Below are positions 8,735 to 17,849 of a DNA stretch of 35,014 bases, one piece after another (positions within the stretch are counted from its first letter, which is position 1; the number at the start of each line of letters is the position of its first letter). The stretch lies in sequence record DRR723986_9826; one strand, given 5' to 3'. Position numbers and translations under genes: made by a program. Under the pieces are notes generated by a model, which saw nothing but the letters and a program-made list of their open reading frames with translations, had not been told where the DNA came from and did not search any database.

Positions 8735-11700
8735 TCAACTAGCCTTCGCCTCGTTGGTCGCCTTTCCCTTCCACCAAAGCTCATCGGCTGGCGGTTCCGC
8801 TGAGGAATCGTCGACTGGCTCGGTCCACTCTTCGACGATCTCATCAACCGGGGATTCGTCGCGCTCGTACCACAGCCAGTCGATGTCAGGTTCTTCCGCG
8901 GCGGCATCTTCAACAACGACGATGTTTTTGACCGTTGGCGGTGGAGGTTCGGCCAATTCTTCTTCGACTACTTCTGTGATCTCTTCAACGACTTCGGAGA
9001 CGGTTTCCTCGGGCTCAGCGACTGGTTCCGGCTCAATAACCTCAACAGGCTCTGGTGCTTCCAGGGCTTCGGGGTAGTAAACGTCTGCTTCGCCGGGTTG
9101 TCCCTGTGGTGGAAGCACGCGAACTTGGACACCGATTGAGTCGAAGATCCGCATGATGTGTTCATGGCAGGTGAACATGACAACTTGGTGGCCAAGGCCT
9201 GCGAAATCGCGGAGCACTCTTGCTGCGGCTTCAGCACGAATGGAGTCGAAGTTGACAAGCACGTCGTCGAGTACCAATGGGATTGTGATCCCGCGACGGG
9301 CATAGGCGGCAGCCAACGATAGCCGGAGTGCAATGAAGACAGCCTCGCGGGTACCTCGGGAAAGCACCTCAAGCGGGAGGGATTGCCCTTTGCCGTTATC
9401 GATACGGAGTTGGTTCTTGCCAAGCGGCGTCCAGATCCGGGTGTACTTACCTTCAGTTAGCTGCGTTAAGAAAGCGGACGCTTCGCGCAGAGTTTCCGGT
9501 TGTCGCTCTGTTTCATAGACTTCGCAGACTCGGTCCAGCAGCGTTGTCGTGGTCGCCAGCACACGCCAGTGCTCTGCGCAAGACTTGAGTTGATTCTCGA
9601 CACAGGACAGCTCAAGTTTGGCTGCAGCTAGTCGCGTATTGGTGGCGAGCGATTTCATTTCCTGGGCAAGCTCGCCTTGGCGAGTGTGCAGTTGCTCGAC
9701 CCGCGTCTCGGCTTGTTGTGTTCGTTGCAGAATCTGTTCCCAGCGCTTCTCAAGTTCGTCGCTACCTGGGCTGTCCAGCAAACGTTGGATGGTTTCATAG
9801 GGGACCGAAGCGCCGATAACGGAAACGATCCGCTCACCGAACTCGCTAACCTTTTCGCTTAGTTCAGCGTGCTTGGCCTTCAAGCCTAGCAGTTCATGGA
9901 CTTGTTCTTCTGACTCACAACCATGTTCAGCCAAAACAGAGCTGTGTTTGCGGAAGAGTTTGTCGATTGTCTTCTGAATCTGAGCACACTGCTTGGATAG
10001 CTGCTGGTCTTGTTCGCGGAGACTCTTCTTTTGGAAGATGTATTGCTCTTGCGAGCTAACCAGCGCTGTTAGGCGAGTCAGTTGTGATAGTGCCGCATCA
10101 GCCATCTTGGTGTCGGCGCGGACCGGCTTCGCGTCTGCCTGGCCATCATGAGCCACAGCGGTTCGTATGGGCTTTTCCTCACCCATCGATTCGAATTCAT
10201 CGTCCTCGTGCGTTTCGCTTGGATCAGCCAACGCGTCACTGGCGGCTTTCGCTGCAAAGACCTGTTTGGAAAGCGAGTCGATTCGCTGCGTAATGGCCCC
10301 TAGTTCTAGTTCTCTCGTTTCAAGCTCTTGTTCGAGCGACTGTAGGCGCTTTCGAGACTGCAGAAGGGAATCGTAGCCTTCGGCCATGATGCGAACGCTC
10401 TTCGGTGAAAGCGAGTCGGCGAGCCCCAGTTGGGTGAGTGTGCGTTGCCAGGCAGCTCGAGCCGTTTTCAGTTGCTCGGATGCTTGGCTTGCCTTGCGCC
10501 GTGCTGTCTTGTGGCGATCTTGTACCGCAGCCAAGTTGTGCTGGACCGGCAGGAGCGATTCGAGCGAGGCGATTTCTGATTCACAATCACGAATGCGAAT
10601 GTCGAGCGGATTGTTGCTGGCCGGTAATTGACGCTCAAGTTCATCGCGTTGATCTTCCGTGCGGCGGATTTCCTTGCGAACAGCGTCAATCTGATCTTCA
10701 ACGTCTTCCAGTTCCGAAACGGTTCCTCGGTCGAGGACATTGGAATAAACGAAGAACAGTAGCATCAAGAAGAAGCCCCCCATAACCAAGAGTAGGCCAG
10801 TCATCGGGTCGTAGGTTTCTCCAAAGAAACCGGTCATGACACCGACACCCCAGACGAAGAAAAAGCCCCCGCCAATGAACATTAGGCCAGTCATGAACGA
10901 GCGTTCAACAGGCAAAGCTTCGTCGACGGTCAAGTCAACGGCTTCTTCTTCGAGTTGTTTTCGTCGGGAGAGTTGTCGGTCAAGTGTTTCTTGGACTTGC
11001 TGCCGCTTGCGCAGCAAAGTGATCGAGGCCGCGTTTTCTTTCAACGCCGCTTGGATGTCTTTGCGACCATGGTTTTGCAGTGCTTCTTCAAGCTCTTTTT
11101 GCAGTCGTTCTGATTCTTTGCCTTCAGTGTCGATCTGCTGCTTGGACTGCTTGAGGCGGTTGGACCAAAGGCGGACTTCGCTGGCCGGTTCAGCCAATTG
11201 ATTGATTGCTTGCCGGGAAAGATCTGGCATGCTTGCGAGACGTCGGTCATCGAGCAGTGCCTCTTGATCTTCCTCGCTCATGCCAAGTCGCTTGGCATCT
11301 TCGAGCAGTTGTTCCCGTGTCTCGTCGATCTGACCTTCGAGTCGTTGAACGTTCTTTTGAAGGGAGTTGATCCACGGAGTCTGTTCACTAGCCGCCTCAA
11401 TTTTGGCAGCAAGATCCAGGATTCCTCGGCGAAGCGGAAGTTTCCGTGCTGTTTCTCTGAGTTCGCGACGCTTGCCCTTGGTTTCGGCGAGCTTTTCCTC
11501 ACGCTCGGCAATCTCTTCATTGATCTCTGCGAGACGACCTGCGACCGAATCTGGGATTTCAGTACGGGCGCCCAATGCAGCGATTTGGTCATTTAGTTCA
11601 AGGCGTTTAATCCAGTTGGGCCGAACTTGGATAGCGACCTCGTAGGTCTTTGCTTCAAGTTCCCATTGTTCGATGCGCTGCTTCAGCTCGTCGAGTTCAC

Positions 11701-12370
11701 CATTTTGTGTAGCACGAAGCGAGGCGAGCTCGTTCCATCGACGACTGGAGGAGATCTCGCGCTCGATCTCTTCCTTCAGCTTCTCACGCTGAGCAAGCAA
11801 CTTCTGTACTTGGCCGTCTTCGGGCGTTGGTCCAACCACATCGGCGCGGGCGGAACGCAGTTTTCTGGTAACGTCAACCAATGACACACGATCAAGACCG
11901 CTGGACAGCTTGTATAGCTCGTCGGCAGCCGCTGTGTCGTCGAGCGTGCTCAGCTCCTGCAGCTCGCGCAGACCGATGGCGAAGACATTGGTGAAGATGG
12001 ATTCGTCAACCTGGCCTAACAACATGGCCAACCGGTGCTGGCCCTGCGAGAGACCATCAGAACCCGTTACGGTCAGACTACCGGTCGAATTTCCAGTCCC
12101 ATCTAATTGGCTTCGCCGGGTAATTTCGTAACCACCACCAGGACCAGTGACGCGAATTGCTCCGCCAGGCTTTCCGCCGTAAACCGGCGGTAAGTAACGC
12201 GTTTTCCGATCGGTCGTGAACCCGTAAAACATGGTTCGCAGAAACTGCATGAGCGTCGTCTTACCGGCCTCGTTGGGCCCGTAAAAAACGGTCATCGTGT
12301 CTGCCATTGAGTGGACCGTTAGTCCCGACCAAACGCCGAAACCGTCGATTTGTACGTCCTTAATTTTCAC
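8735..12370 (-). CDS. YhaN/AAA_27-family SMC/Rad50-like ATPase
   Basis: Walker A GPNEAGKTT; long coiled coils; signature LSRGTRE; Walker B/D-loop LVLDDVLVNFD; FTCH; central TM hairpin; GTGA overlap with the upstream gene. Confidence 0.88.
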   Translation of the reverse strand: MKIKDVQIDGFGVWSGLTVHSMADTMTVFYGPNEAGKTTLMQFLRTMFYGFTTDRKTRYLPPVYGGKPGGAIRVTGPGGGYEITRRSQLDGTGNSTGSLTVTGSDGLSQGQHRLAMLLGQVDESIFTNVFAIGLRELQELSTLDDTAAADELYKLSSGLDRVSLVDVTRKLRSARADVVGPTPEDGQVQKLLAQREKLKEEIEREISSSRRWNELASLRATQNGELDELKQRIEQWELEAKTYEVAIQVRPNWIKRLELNDQIAALGARTEIPDSVAGRLAEINEEIAEREEKLAETKGKRRELRETARKLPLRRGILDLAAKIEAASEQTPWINSLQKNVQRLEGQIDETREQLLEDAKRLGMSEEDQEALLDDRRLASMPDLSRQAINQLAEPASEVRLWSNRLKQSKQQIDTEGKESERLQKELEEALQNHGRKDIQAALKENAASITLLRKRQQVQETLDRQLSRRKQLEEEAVDLTVDEALPVERSFMTGLMFIGGGFFFVWGVGVMTGFFGETYDPMTGLLLVMGGFFLMLLFFVYSNVLDRGTVSELEDVEDQIDAVRKEIRRTEDQRDELERQLPASNNPLDIRIRDCESEIASLESLLPVQHNLAAVQDRHKTARRKASQASEQLKTARAAWQRTLTQLGLADSLSPKSVRIMAEGYDSLLQSRKRLQSLEQELETRELELGAITQRIDSLSKQVFAAKAASDALADPSETHEDDEFESMGEEKPIRTAVAHDGQADAKPVRADTKMADAALSQLTRLTALVSSQEQYIFQKKSLREQDQQLSKQCAQIQKTIDKLFRKHSSVLAEHGCESEEQVHELLGLKAKHAELSEKVSEFGERIVSVIGASVPYETIQRLLDSPGSDELEKRWEQILQRTQQAETRVEQLHTRQGELAQEMKSLATNTRLAAAKLELSCVENQLKSCAEHWRVLATTTTLLDRVCEVYETERQPETLREASAFLTQLTEGKYTRIWTPLGKNQLRIDNGKGQSLPLEVLSRGTREAVFIALRLSLAAAYARRGITIPLVLDDVLVNFDSIRAEAAARVLRDFAGLGHQVVMFTCHEHIMRIFDSIGVQVRVLPPQGQPGEADVYYPEALEAPEPVEVIEPEPVAEPEETVSEVVEEITEVVEEELAEPPPPTVKNIVVVEDAAAEEPDIDWLWYERDESPVDEIVEEWTEPVDDSSAEPPADELWWKGKATNEAKAS

Positions 12371-13632
12371 TGTTCGGATCCTCCGAAGCGGCGGGTTGAC
12401 GCCACCAAGTCCACTTTGTGACCGCGTAACAGGTCGACTCCAAGCAGTGTGCTGCGATCGAGAGTCGTCGTTTCACGCGAGTTAGAGCTGGCTGACAACA
12501 TCGAATGCCAGACGTTGGCGCCTGGTGTTTCGGTGTCGATCATCGCCTTCAATTCGAGGGGCTTTGCTTCCTTGCGAGTCTCTGCTGCGGTTCGAAGGAA
12601 ATCGCCAAGGATGGTGTCCTCTTCTTTCCACTTCGACGGCAGTTTTTCAGGAGGCAGGATTTCAATATCGGTTGACCAGCAACTGGGGCTTCCATGGCCG
12701 AATTCTCTTCGAAGCCAACCCAGCAAGTCTTCCAAAGCGCTGGGGCCAACTACCGAAGCGTTTTCTAGATCTAGGTGAACACGCCATCGCACGAGGGTGT
12801 GACGTCCAGATGCTTCGCTTTGAATTCGGGCTATTCGCTTGGCCAGAATTTGACGTACATCACGGCCAAGAGCCATGTCGTCGGCATCAATGTCCTGCGA
12901 GGTGTATCGAACGGTGTCTGCTGCGATTGGGTGAACTTGAATGTTCCGCTGGGCGTCGACATCAACCAGCACGAATCCATGTTCGCCGGCTTCCTTCAAT
13001 GAACGCGCTTGAGTCGATCCGGAGTAGCGAATGACAGGTTCATCACTTCGCAAAATATCGGCTTGATGTCGACCGCCGAGTGCCCAATAGTCAACATGTT
13101 CGGCGGACAGGGAGTCTGCGTCGCCGATTCCATGGGCGGCTGCCACGACAAAGGAGTCGCTCGTCTCGTTGGCAAACTCAGCAGCGTGAATGATCTCATT
13201 GCCCGCAGAACTTCTCCCAATGATGGTAGCCAGGCCGACTTCATTGCGTCGATGAATGAAGGTCTCGGTTTCGTGGCTTGAGAAAACGCGCACGTTCTTG
13301 GGAAGACTGACCGCGTCTGGCCAGCGCTCCATCGAATCAACTTCACCCGTCACCCAGTAGACGGCGATGTTCCGTTCGCGAAGGAGTTCGAACTGTTCAA
13401 GCAGAAACGAAATGCCTGCCGCACCACAGGTAGATGGGTTTAGCAAATCGCCGGAAAGGATAACGAAGTCGACGTTTTCCATGATGGCGTGTTCAAAGAC
13501 CGCCTCGGCCGCCTTCCACGGAGCTTCGACAAGAGTCTTTTGAAGATGCTCTGGCAGATCCAAAACATCCTGAAGCGGGCGTTCAAGATGGAAGTCGCTC
13601 GCGTGAATAAAGCGAAAGGATTCTCTTGCCAT
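12367..13632 (-). CDS. YhaO/SbcD/Mre11-like metallophosphoesterase with degenerate motifs
   Basis: FIHASDFHL, ILSGDLL, AHG, DYWALG and YSGSTQAR...E.GEHG motifs; translationally coupled to the YhaN-like gene. Confidence 0.85.
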   Translation of the reverse strand: MARESFRFIHASDFHLERPLQDVLDLPEHLQKTLVEAPWKAAEAVFEHAIMENVDFVILSGDLLNPSTCGAAGISFLLEQFELLRERNIAVYWVTGEVDSMERWPDAVSLPKNVRVFSSHETETFIHRRNEVGLATIIGRSSAGNEIIHAAEFANETSDSFVVAAAHGIGDADSLSAEHVDYWALGGRHQADILRSDEPVIRYSGSTQARSLKEAGEHGFVLVDVDAQRNIQVHPIAADTVRYTSQDIDADDMALGRDVRQILAKRIARIQSEASGRHTLVRWRVHLDLENASVVGPSALEDLLGWLRREFGHGSPSCWSTDIEILPPEKLPSKWKEEDTILGDFLRTAAETRKEAKPLELKAMIDTETPGANVWHSMLSASSNSRETTTLDRSTLLGVDLLRGHKVDLVASTRRFGGSEQ

Positions 13633-14062
13633 GATCTAACCTTCCTTGGTGATGATCATTTATTCGAAGCTTGATTGCTCCGTTGCATTGGAGTGTATTG
13701 TCTGGCACGCCAAGGCAGTTTACCGCTCAGCCCATTGAACTGTCTCACTGAACGGTACATTCAAGCGAGTAGGGCAAAATATTTGATACGGGTCCGCGAG
13801 CAGTTTACCCCAGTTTACGGGGGCGTGCCAACGTCGTTTCCAGGGCGTTTTTACTGAATTGCGCAGTTTTACTAAAGAAAGTTCGATCGCTGACCGGTGC
13901 AAGTGCCGCTCCGCAATGCAAGCAAAAGACAGTCCGCGCGATGGATACCATGGAGCATTGCGTTCGGGTAGAATGCGCGCCGGTGCAAGCAAAAGCGGTC
14001 TGCACCATCTGAGCCAGCGATCGTAAACCTCTGACAAACCTTTCCAAAGCGGACAGCCTGAG

Positions 14063-14623
14063 ATGAGCCAGAATTCGCCACAGCAGTGGTTCCAACTAGA
14101 AGAGATTTTCTTTCACCGCGTCGATGAAACGCTCAAGCAAAAGCTGCGAGCGGAGATGCAGACGGCGAAGACGGCCGAGGCAATAATGCGAGTCACAGGC
14201 ATCGCTGACGAAGAACTCGCGGCGGAAATGGCAACATTGGACGTCACTGTTGATACGCTGGCTGCGTTCCGACTGGTCCCACTCGTTGCCGTCGCTTGGG
14301 CGGACGACCGAGTGGACGGTGATGAACGCGAAATGATCCTGGACTTGGCCAAGCAATCTGGTGTCGAGGCGGATGACCCGGCGATGGATCTACTCAAGAG
14401 TTGGACAAGTCAGCGGCCAAGCAAGGATCTCTTGGACGCGTGGTGTGCCTATGCTGCTGCATTGTCCAGCGCTCTCGGTGCTGCAAGTCGCGAACGACTC
14501 AAAACCGAAGTTGTAGCCAATGCACAAAGGGTCGCGCAAGCCTGTGGCGGAGTATTCGGGTTTGGAAGCGTCAGCCCGAACGAGCAAGCGACCATGGATC
14601 AAATCGAAAAGGCCTTTGATTAG
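14063..14623 (+). CDS. TerB-like alpha-helical protein
   Basis: VAVAWADDRVDGDERE and VAQACGG...VSPNEQA..DQIE segments typical of TerB-like proteins. Confidence 0.65.
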   Translation: MSQNSPQQWFQLEEIFFHRVDETLKQKLRAEMQTAKTAEAIMRVTGIADEELAAEMATLDVTVDTLAAFRLVPLVAVAWADDRVDGDEREMILDLAKQSGVEADDPAMDLLKSWTSQRPSKDLLDAWCAYAAALSSALGAASRERLKTEVVANAQRVAQACGGVFGFGSVSPNEQATMDQIEKAFD

Positions 14624-15123
14624 GCGTGACGCTCTACTATTTGTCTACCCTCGTAGTAGCCTGATTCTTGCTCCCGCAATCGGTCGACGCGCTAGGCCAA
14701 GCGTCGATCGGCGGGGGCAACCAATCTTATCGGCTAGTTTCAGTGACTAATCTCACCGGCCGATCGCATCAGTGCCGTGTGGCTCTTCTATTTTGTTGGT
14801 CGCCCTCGGTAGCAGGTGGTGGCAATCTGTTTGGCTTTGAGCGCTTCTGTCTGCTCGCCTCGCCAGCCCATAAGCTTTCTTTAAACCTCGCCATCGATCC
14901 GATCGGATTATCTGGCAGCGCGTCCGGCTTTCTGTGGCGGAAATGCGTCTCAAATTTCGGCCTGCGCACAAAACGCGTGCTAGCCTTCAAACGGAAGAAC
15001 TCTGGCTGAGTTCAATGGTCGGATGCGCCCGTGCACACCGACTCTCCAAAATTGCAACGGAAGCAACAGCTTGGGCCACCTCGGTGCCCGGCACAGTCCA
15101 CGGAGCCTACCAGGACATTTAGC

Positions 15124-17757
15124 ATGGCGGCAACATACGCACGTAGAAAGCTGACCTCAGCACGCAACGTCGCTCAAGATGTTGTGCGTGTTCTAGCCTG
15201 TCTTGCCCTTTTGGTTGCCAGTGTAACTGGATGTTCCCGTCTGCAACTGCCCGCTTTTGATCCGAATGGCAGCCGCGTTTTCCAACGCGATTTTACGCCC
15301 GTGGAGCTTCCGCGGCTTCACAATGGATCAGGAATTCTGCCGACGCCCGCCTACCAAACACCGGTGACGCCACCTCCATGTTTAGATGGTGGTGATGGCG
15401 GATTCTGTAACTTGCTCGACAACCGGTGCAAGCTTAGCGACTACGTCGGAACTCGGAATCCTGGCAAGCGCGGTGAGTTGTTGTTGACTCCATTGTCGGT
15501 CGTTGCTCCGGTTGGCGGAGAAGTCGTCTTCTTGGCCGGCATCTGTGGAGACGATGGGCATTTTGTTACCAGGCAGCCCATTGAATGGATGCTGGCTCCT
15601 GATAGCGTCGGGAATATCATCGAAGTTGGCGATGAGGAGCGTAGCACGCTCGGTCGACTTCTGCATCATCGGGATCCCAAAGTAGAAAAGCTCGACGGAG
15701 ACTTCGCGCGCGGTCGAACGACCACCAAGCCTCATGTGATTACCAAGGGTTCAGGGGATTGTTCGGACCGGATTCCCGTTAAAGAAGGGCAAACATGGTT
15801 GACCGTGTCATCGCCTACCTCTGGCGTGACGCACTTGACCGCGCTGGCACCCGACAGTGAGATCTGGGATCAACGTCGACAAACCGCCACGATCTACTGG
15901 GTAGATGCCGAGTGGGACTTTCCCGCACCGACGAGTTCCCGGGGAGAGCCAATACAATTGAGCACCCGTGTGACCAAATCGGCTCGCATGGTGCCCGCAA
16001 CGGGTTGGCGAGTCCGATACCGTAGTCTTGATCCTAACGCGGCTGTTTTCCAAACCGCGGACGGACCAAGTGAAGAGGTGATCGTTTCGGTTGACGCAAA
16101 CGGGATCGCGACCGCAACCGCGGTACCAGGAGCTGGGGGGCATGGTTCGTCACCAATATTGATCGACATTTTGAAGCCCGCTGATCCGGACAACCGTCTG
16201 CCTGAGCTGCGACTCGGTGGTGGGCAGACGATGATTACATTTAGTGCACCTGTGTTGGTGCTCTCCGCACTTGGTCCAGAAATCGCGTCGCCGGGTGCCG
16301 TGCTCACCTACAACGCAGCAATCGCCAACGCGGGTGATCTGGATATAGAAAACTCCGTTCTTTCGGTGCGAATCCCAGAGGGATGGCAAGTCAATGGCGT
16401 TGTACCAGAACCGAACACGACCCAAGCAGGCTACTTGATTTGGAACCAAGGGATCTTGGCCGCTGGGCAGCAATTGAACGTCCGAGTGGATTTTCAAGCG
16501 GGACGCGATGGTGAGTACCAGATTCTATGGGAAGCTCGCGGTGAGCCTGGCCTGACGGAATCACGTGCACTACAAACATCGGTTGTCCGCTCGTCACTTG
16601 AGGCTACTTTCGAACCCGTAGGCCAAGTTGCTCAGGCGGAAGTAGGTGACCAAGTTGAGTACTTGGTTCGATTGACCAATACGGGACGTACACCGCTGAC
16701 TGATGTCGTCGCCTTAATTGATATGTCTGCGGGCCTGCTTCACGCTGAGTCTGGAGATTCAAGTGTTGAACAACGTTGGCAGTCATTGGAACCCGGGCGA
16801 ACGTTTGAGTTGCCGATTAACATTATTGTGCAACAGGAAGGTCAACACCAAGCCACTCTACAGGTGCTCGCCGGTTCGGCCATCGTCGCTCAGAGAGAGG
16901 CGTCAATTTTGGGGCTCCCGCGCCGGGAGCGGAATCGCGCGGTAACTTTGGAAATTGCAGAGTTCCCTGCGTCATTAGCCGTTGGCGAGTCGCACACGGC
17001 ACTGATCCGCGTTGCCAACTCAGGGGAAGTTGCACTGAGTGATGTCGAGGTTAGGTTCGCTTACGATGCAAGTATCGACTTGCGATTTGTTGATCCAGCC
17101 AATCGAACGCGAATTAGTCGATCAACGACCAATCCTCGAGAGTGGATATGGAACTGCCCCGACTTGCTGGCTCCAGTTGATAGTTCATCACCACTGCAGT
17201 ACCGAGAATTGTCGCTACAGTTCGCAGCCGTTGCTCCTGCCCAGTCGGCTTCCATGCAAGCCAGCGTGCTGACAGCACAGCGAGCTCAAGCGTCTGATTC
17301 GATTCAGTTCTCTGTTCGAAACGATCCTGATGCGTCTGGCAGCATGGGCGGTGGAGCGAGAACCAATTCGCTACGTTTGCTGCTGCTTGAACAAGGGGAT
17401 CCGGTTCAGCTTAATCGCGAAATGAACTACTACCTGACGATTCAGAACGACCGCGATTCGGCCGACAGCGAAGTCTATGTGGACCTTCGGCGACCGGAGG
17501 GCGTAGATATCGTTGCTATCAGCGATGATCTCGGACGCAATCTTCCGTTTGAGGTTGATCCGGAAGACTCCAGTGTGCTGCAACTACCGGTGATCAGGGA
17601 GATGCGCCCTGGTGAGCGACTGGAGTATACGATCACCGTTATTCCTAGAGTTCTACAGGATATGGTGTTCGAGGTTCGCGGTACTTCGACACTGCAGGCG
17701 CCCAACGGAACGGCCAGTGACTCGGAGACCACCACGGTCACTTCAGGTGTTCGCTAA
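15124..17757 (+). CDS. Large lipoprotein with DUF11/OmcB-like Ig repeats
   Basis: Lipobox-like VASVTGC; repeats LTYNAAIANAGD, VEYLVRLTNTGR, IRVANSGE, DPVQL..YYLTIQN; start at ATG 15124. Confidence 0.78.
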   Translation: MAATYARRKLTSARNVAQDVVRVLACLALLVASVTGCSRLQLPAFDPNGSRVFQRDFTPVELPRLHNGSGILPTPAYQTPVTPPPCLDGGDGGFCNLLDNRCKLSDYVGTRNPGKRGELLLTPLSVVAPVGGEVVFLAGICGDDGHFVTRQPIEWMLAPDSVGNIIEVGDEERSTLGRLLHHRDPKVEKLDGDFARGRTTTKPHVITKGSGDCSDRIPVKEGQTWLTVSSPTSGVTHLTALAPDSEIWDQRRQTATIYWVDAEWDFPAPTSSRGEPIQLSTRVTKSARMVPATGWRVRYRSLDPNAAVFQTADGPSEEVIVSVDANGIATATAVPGAGGHGSSPILIDILKPADPDNRLPELRLGGGQTMITFSAPVLVLSALGPEIASPGAVLTYNAAIANAGDLDIENSVLSVRIPEGWQVNGVVPEPNTTQAGYLIWNQGILAAGQQLNVRVDFQAGRDGEYQILWEARGEPGLTESRALQTSVVRSSLEATFEPVGQVAQAEVGDQVEYLVRLTNTGRTPLTDVVALIDMSAGLLHAESGDSSVEQRWQSLEPGRTFELPINIIVQQEGQHQATLQVLAGSAIVAQREASILGLPRRERNRAVTLEIAEFPASLAVGESHTALIRVANSGEVALSDVEVRFAYDASIDLRFVDPANRTRISRSTTNPREWIWNCPDLLAPVDSSSPLQYRELSLQFAAVAPAQSASMQASVLTAQRAQASDSIQFSVRNDPDASGSMGGGARTNSLRLLLLEQGDPVQLNREMNYYLTIQNDRDSADSEVYVDLRRPEGVDIVAISDDLGRNLPFEVDPEDSSVLQLPVIREMRPGERLEYTITVIPRVLQDMVFEVRGTSTLQAPNGTASDSETTTVTSGVR

Positions 17758-17795
17758 AGAAAAAGCCGCGGTACCTGATCCAGATACTGCGGCTT
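17756..17795. terminator. Hairpin/terminator between the convergent DUF11 and peroxiredoxin genes
   Basis: AAGCCGCGGTA...TACTGCGGCTT stem with an A-run on the left, which reads as a U-tract on the minus strand. Confidence 0.5.
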
Positions 17796-17849
17796 CATGT
17801 TGATTCTCAGAGAAATCTTCTCACGCGAGATTGTCTGTTATGACACTTT

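Noticed and set aside
13703..13830. TGGCACG on both strands as sigma54 -24 boxes
   Set aside because: No GC at the correct -12 spacing in either case
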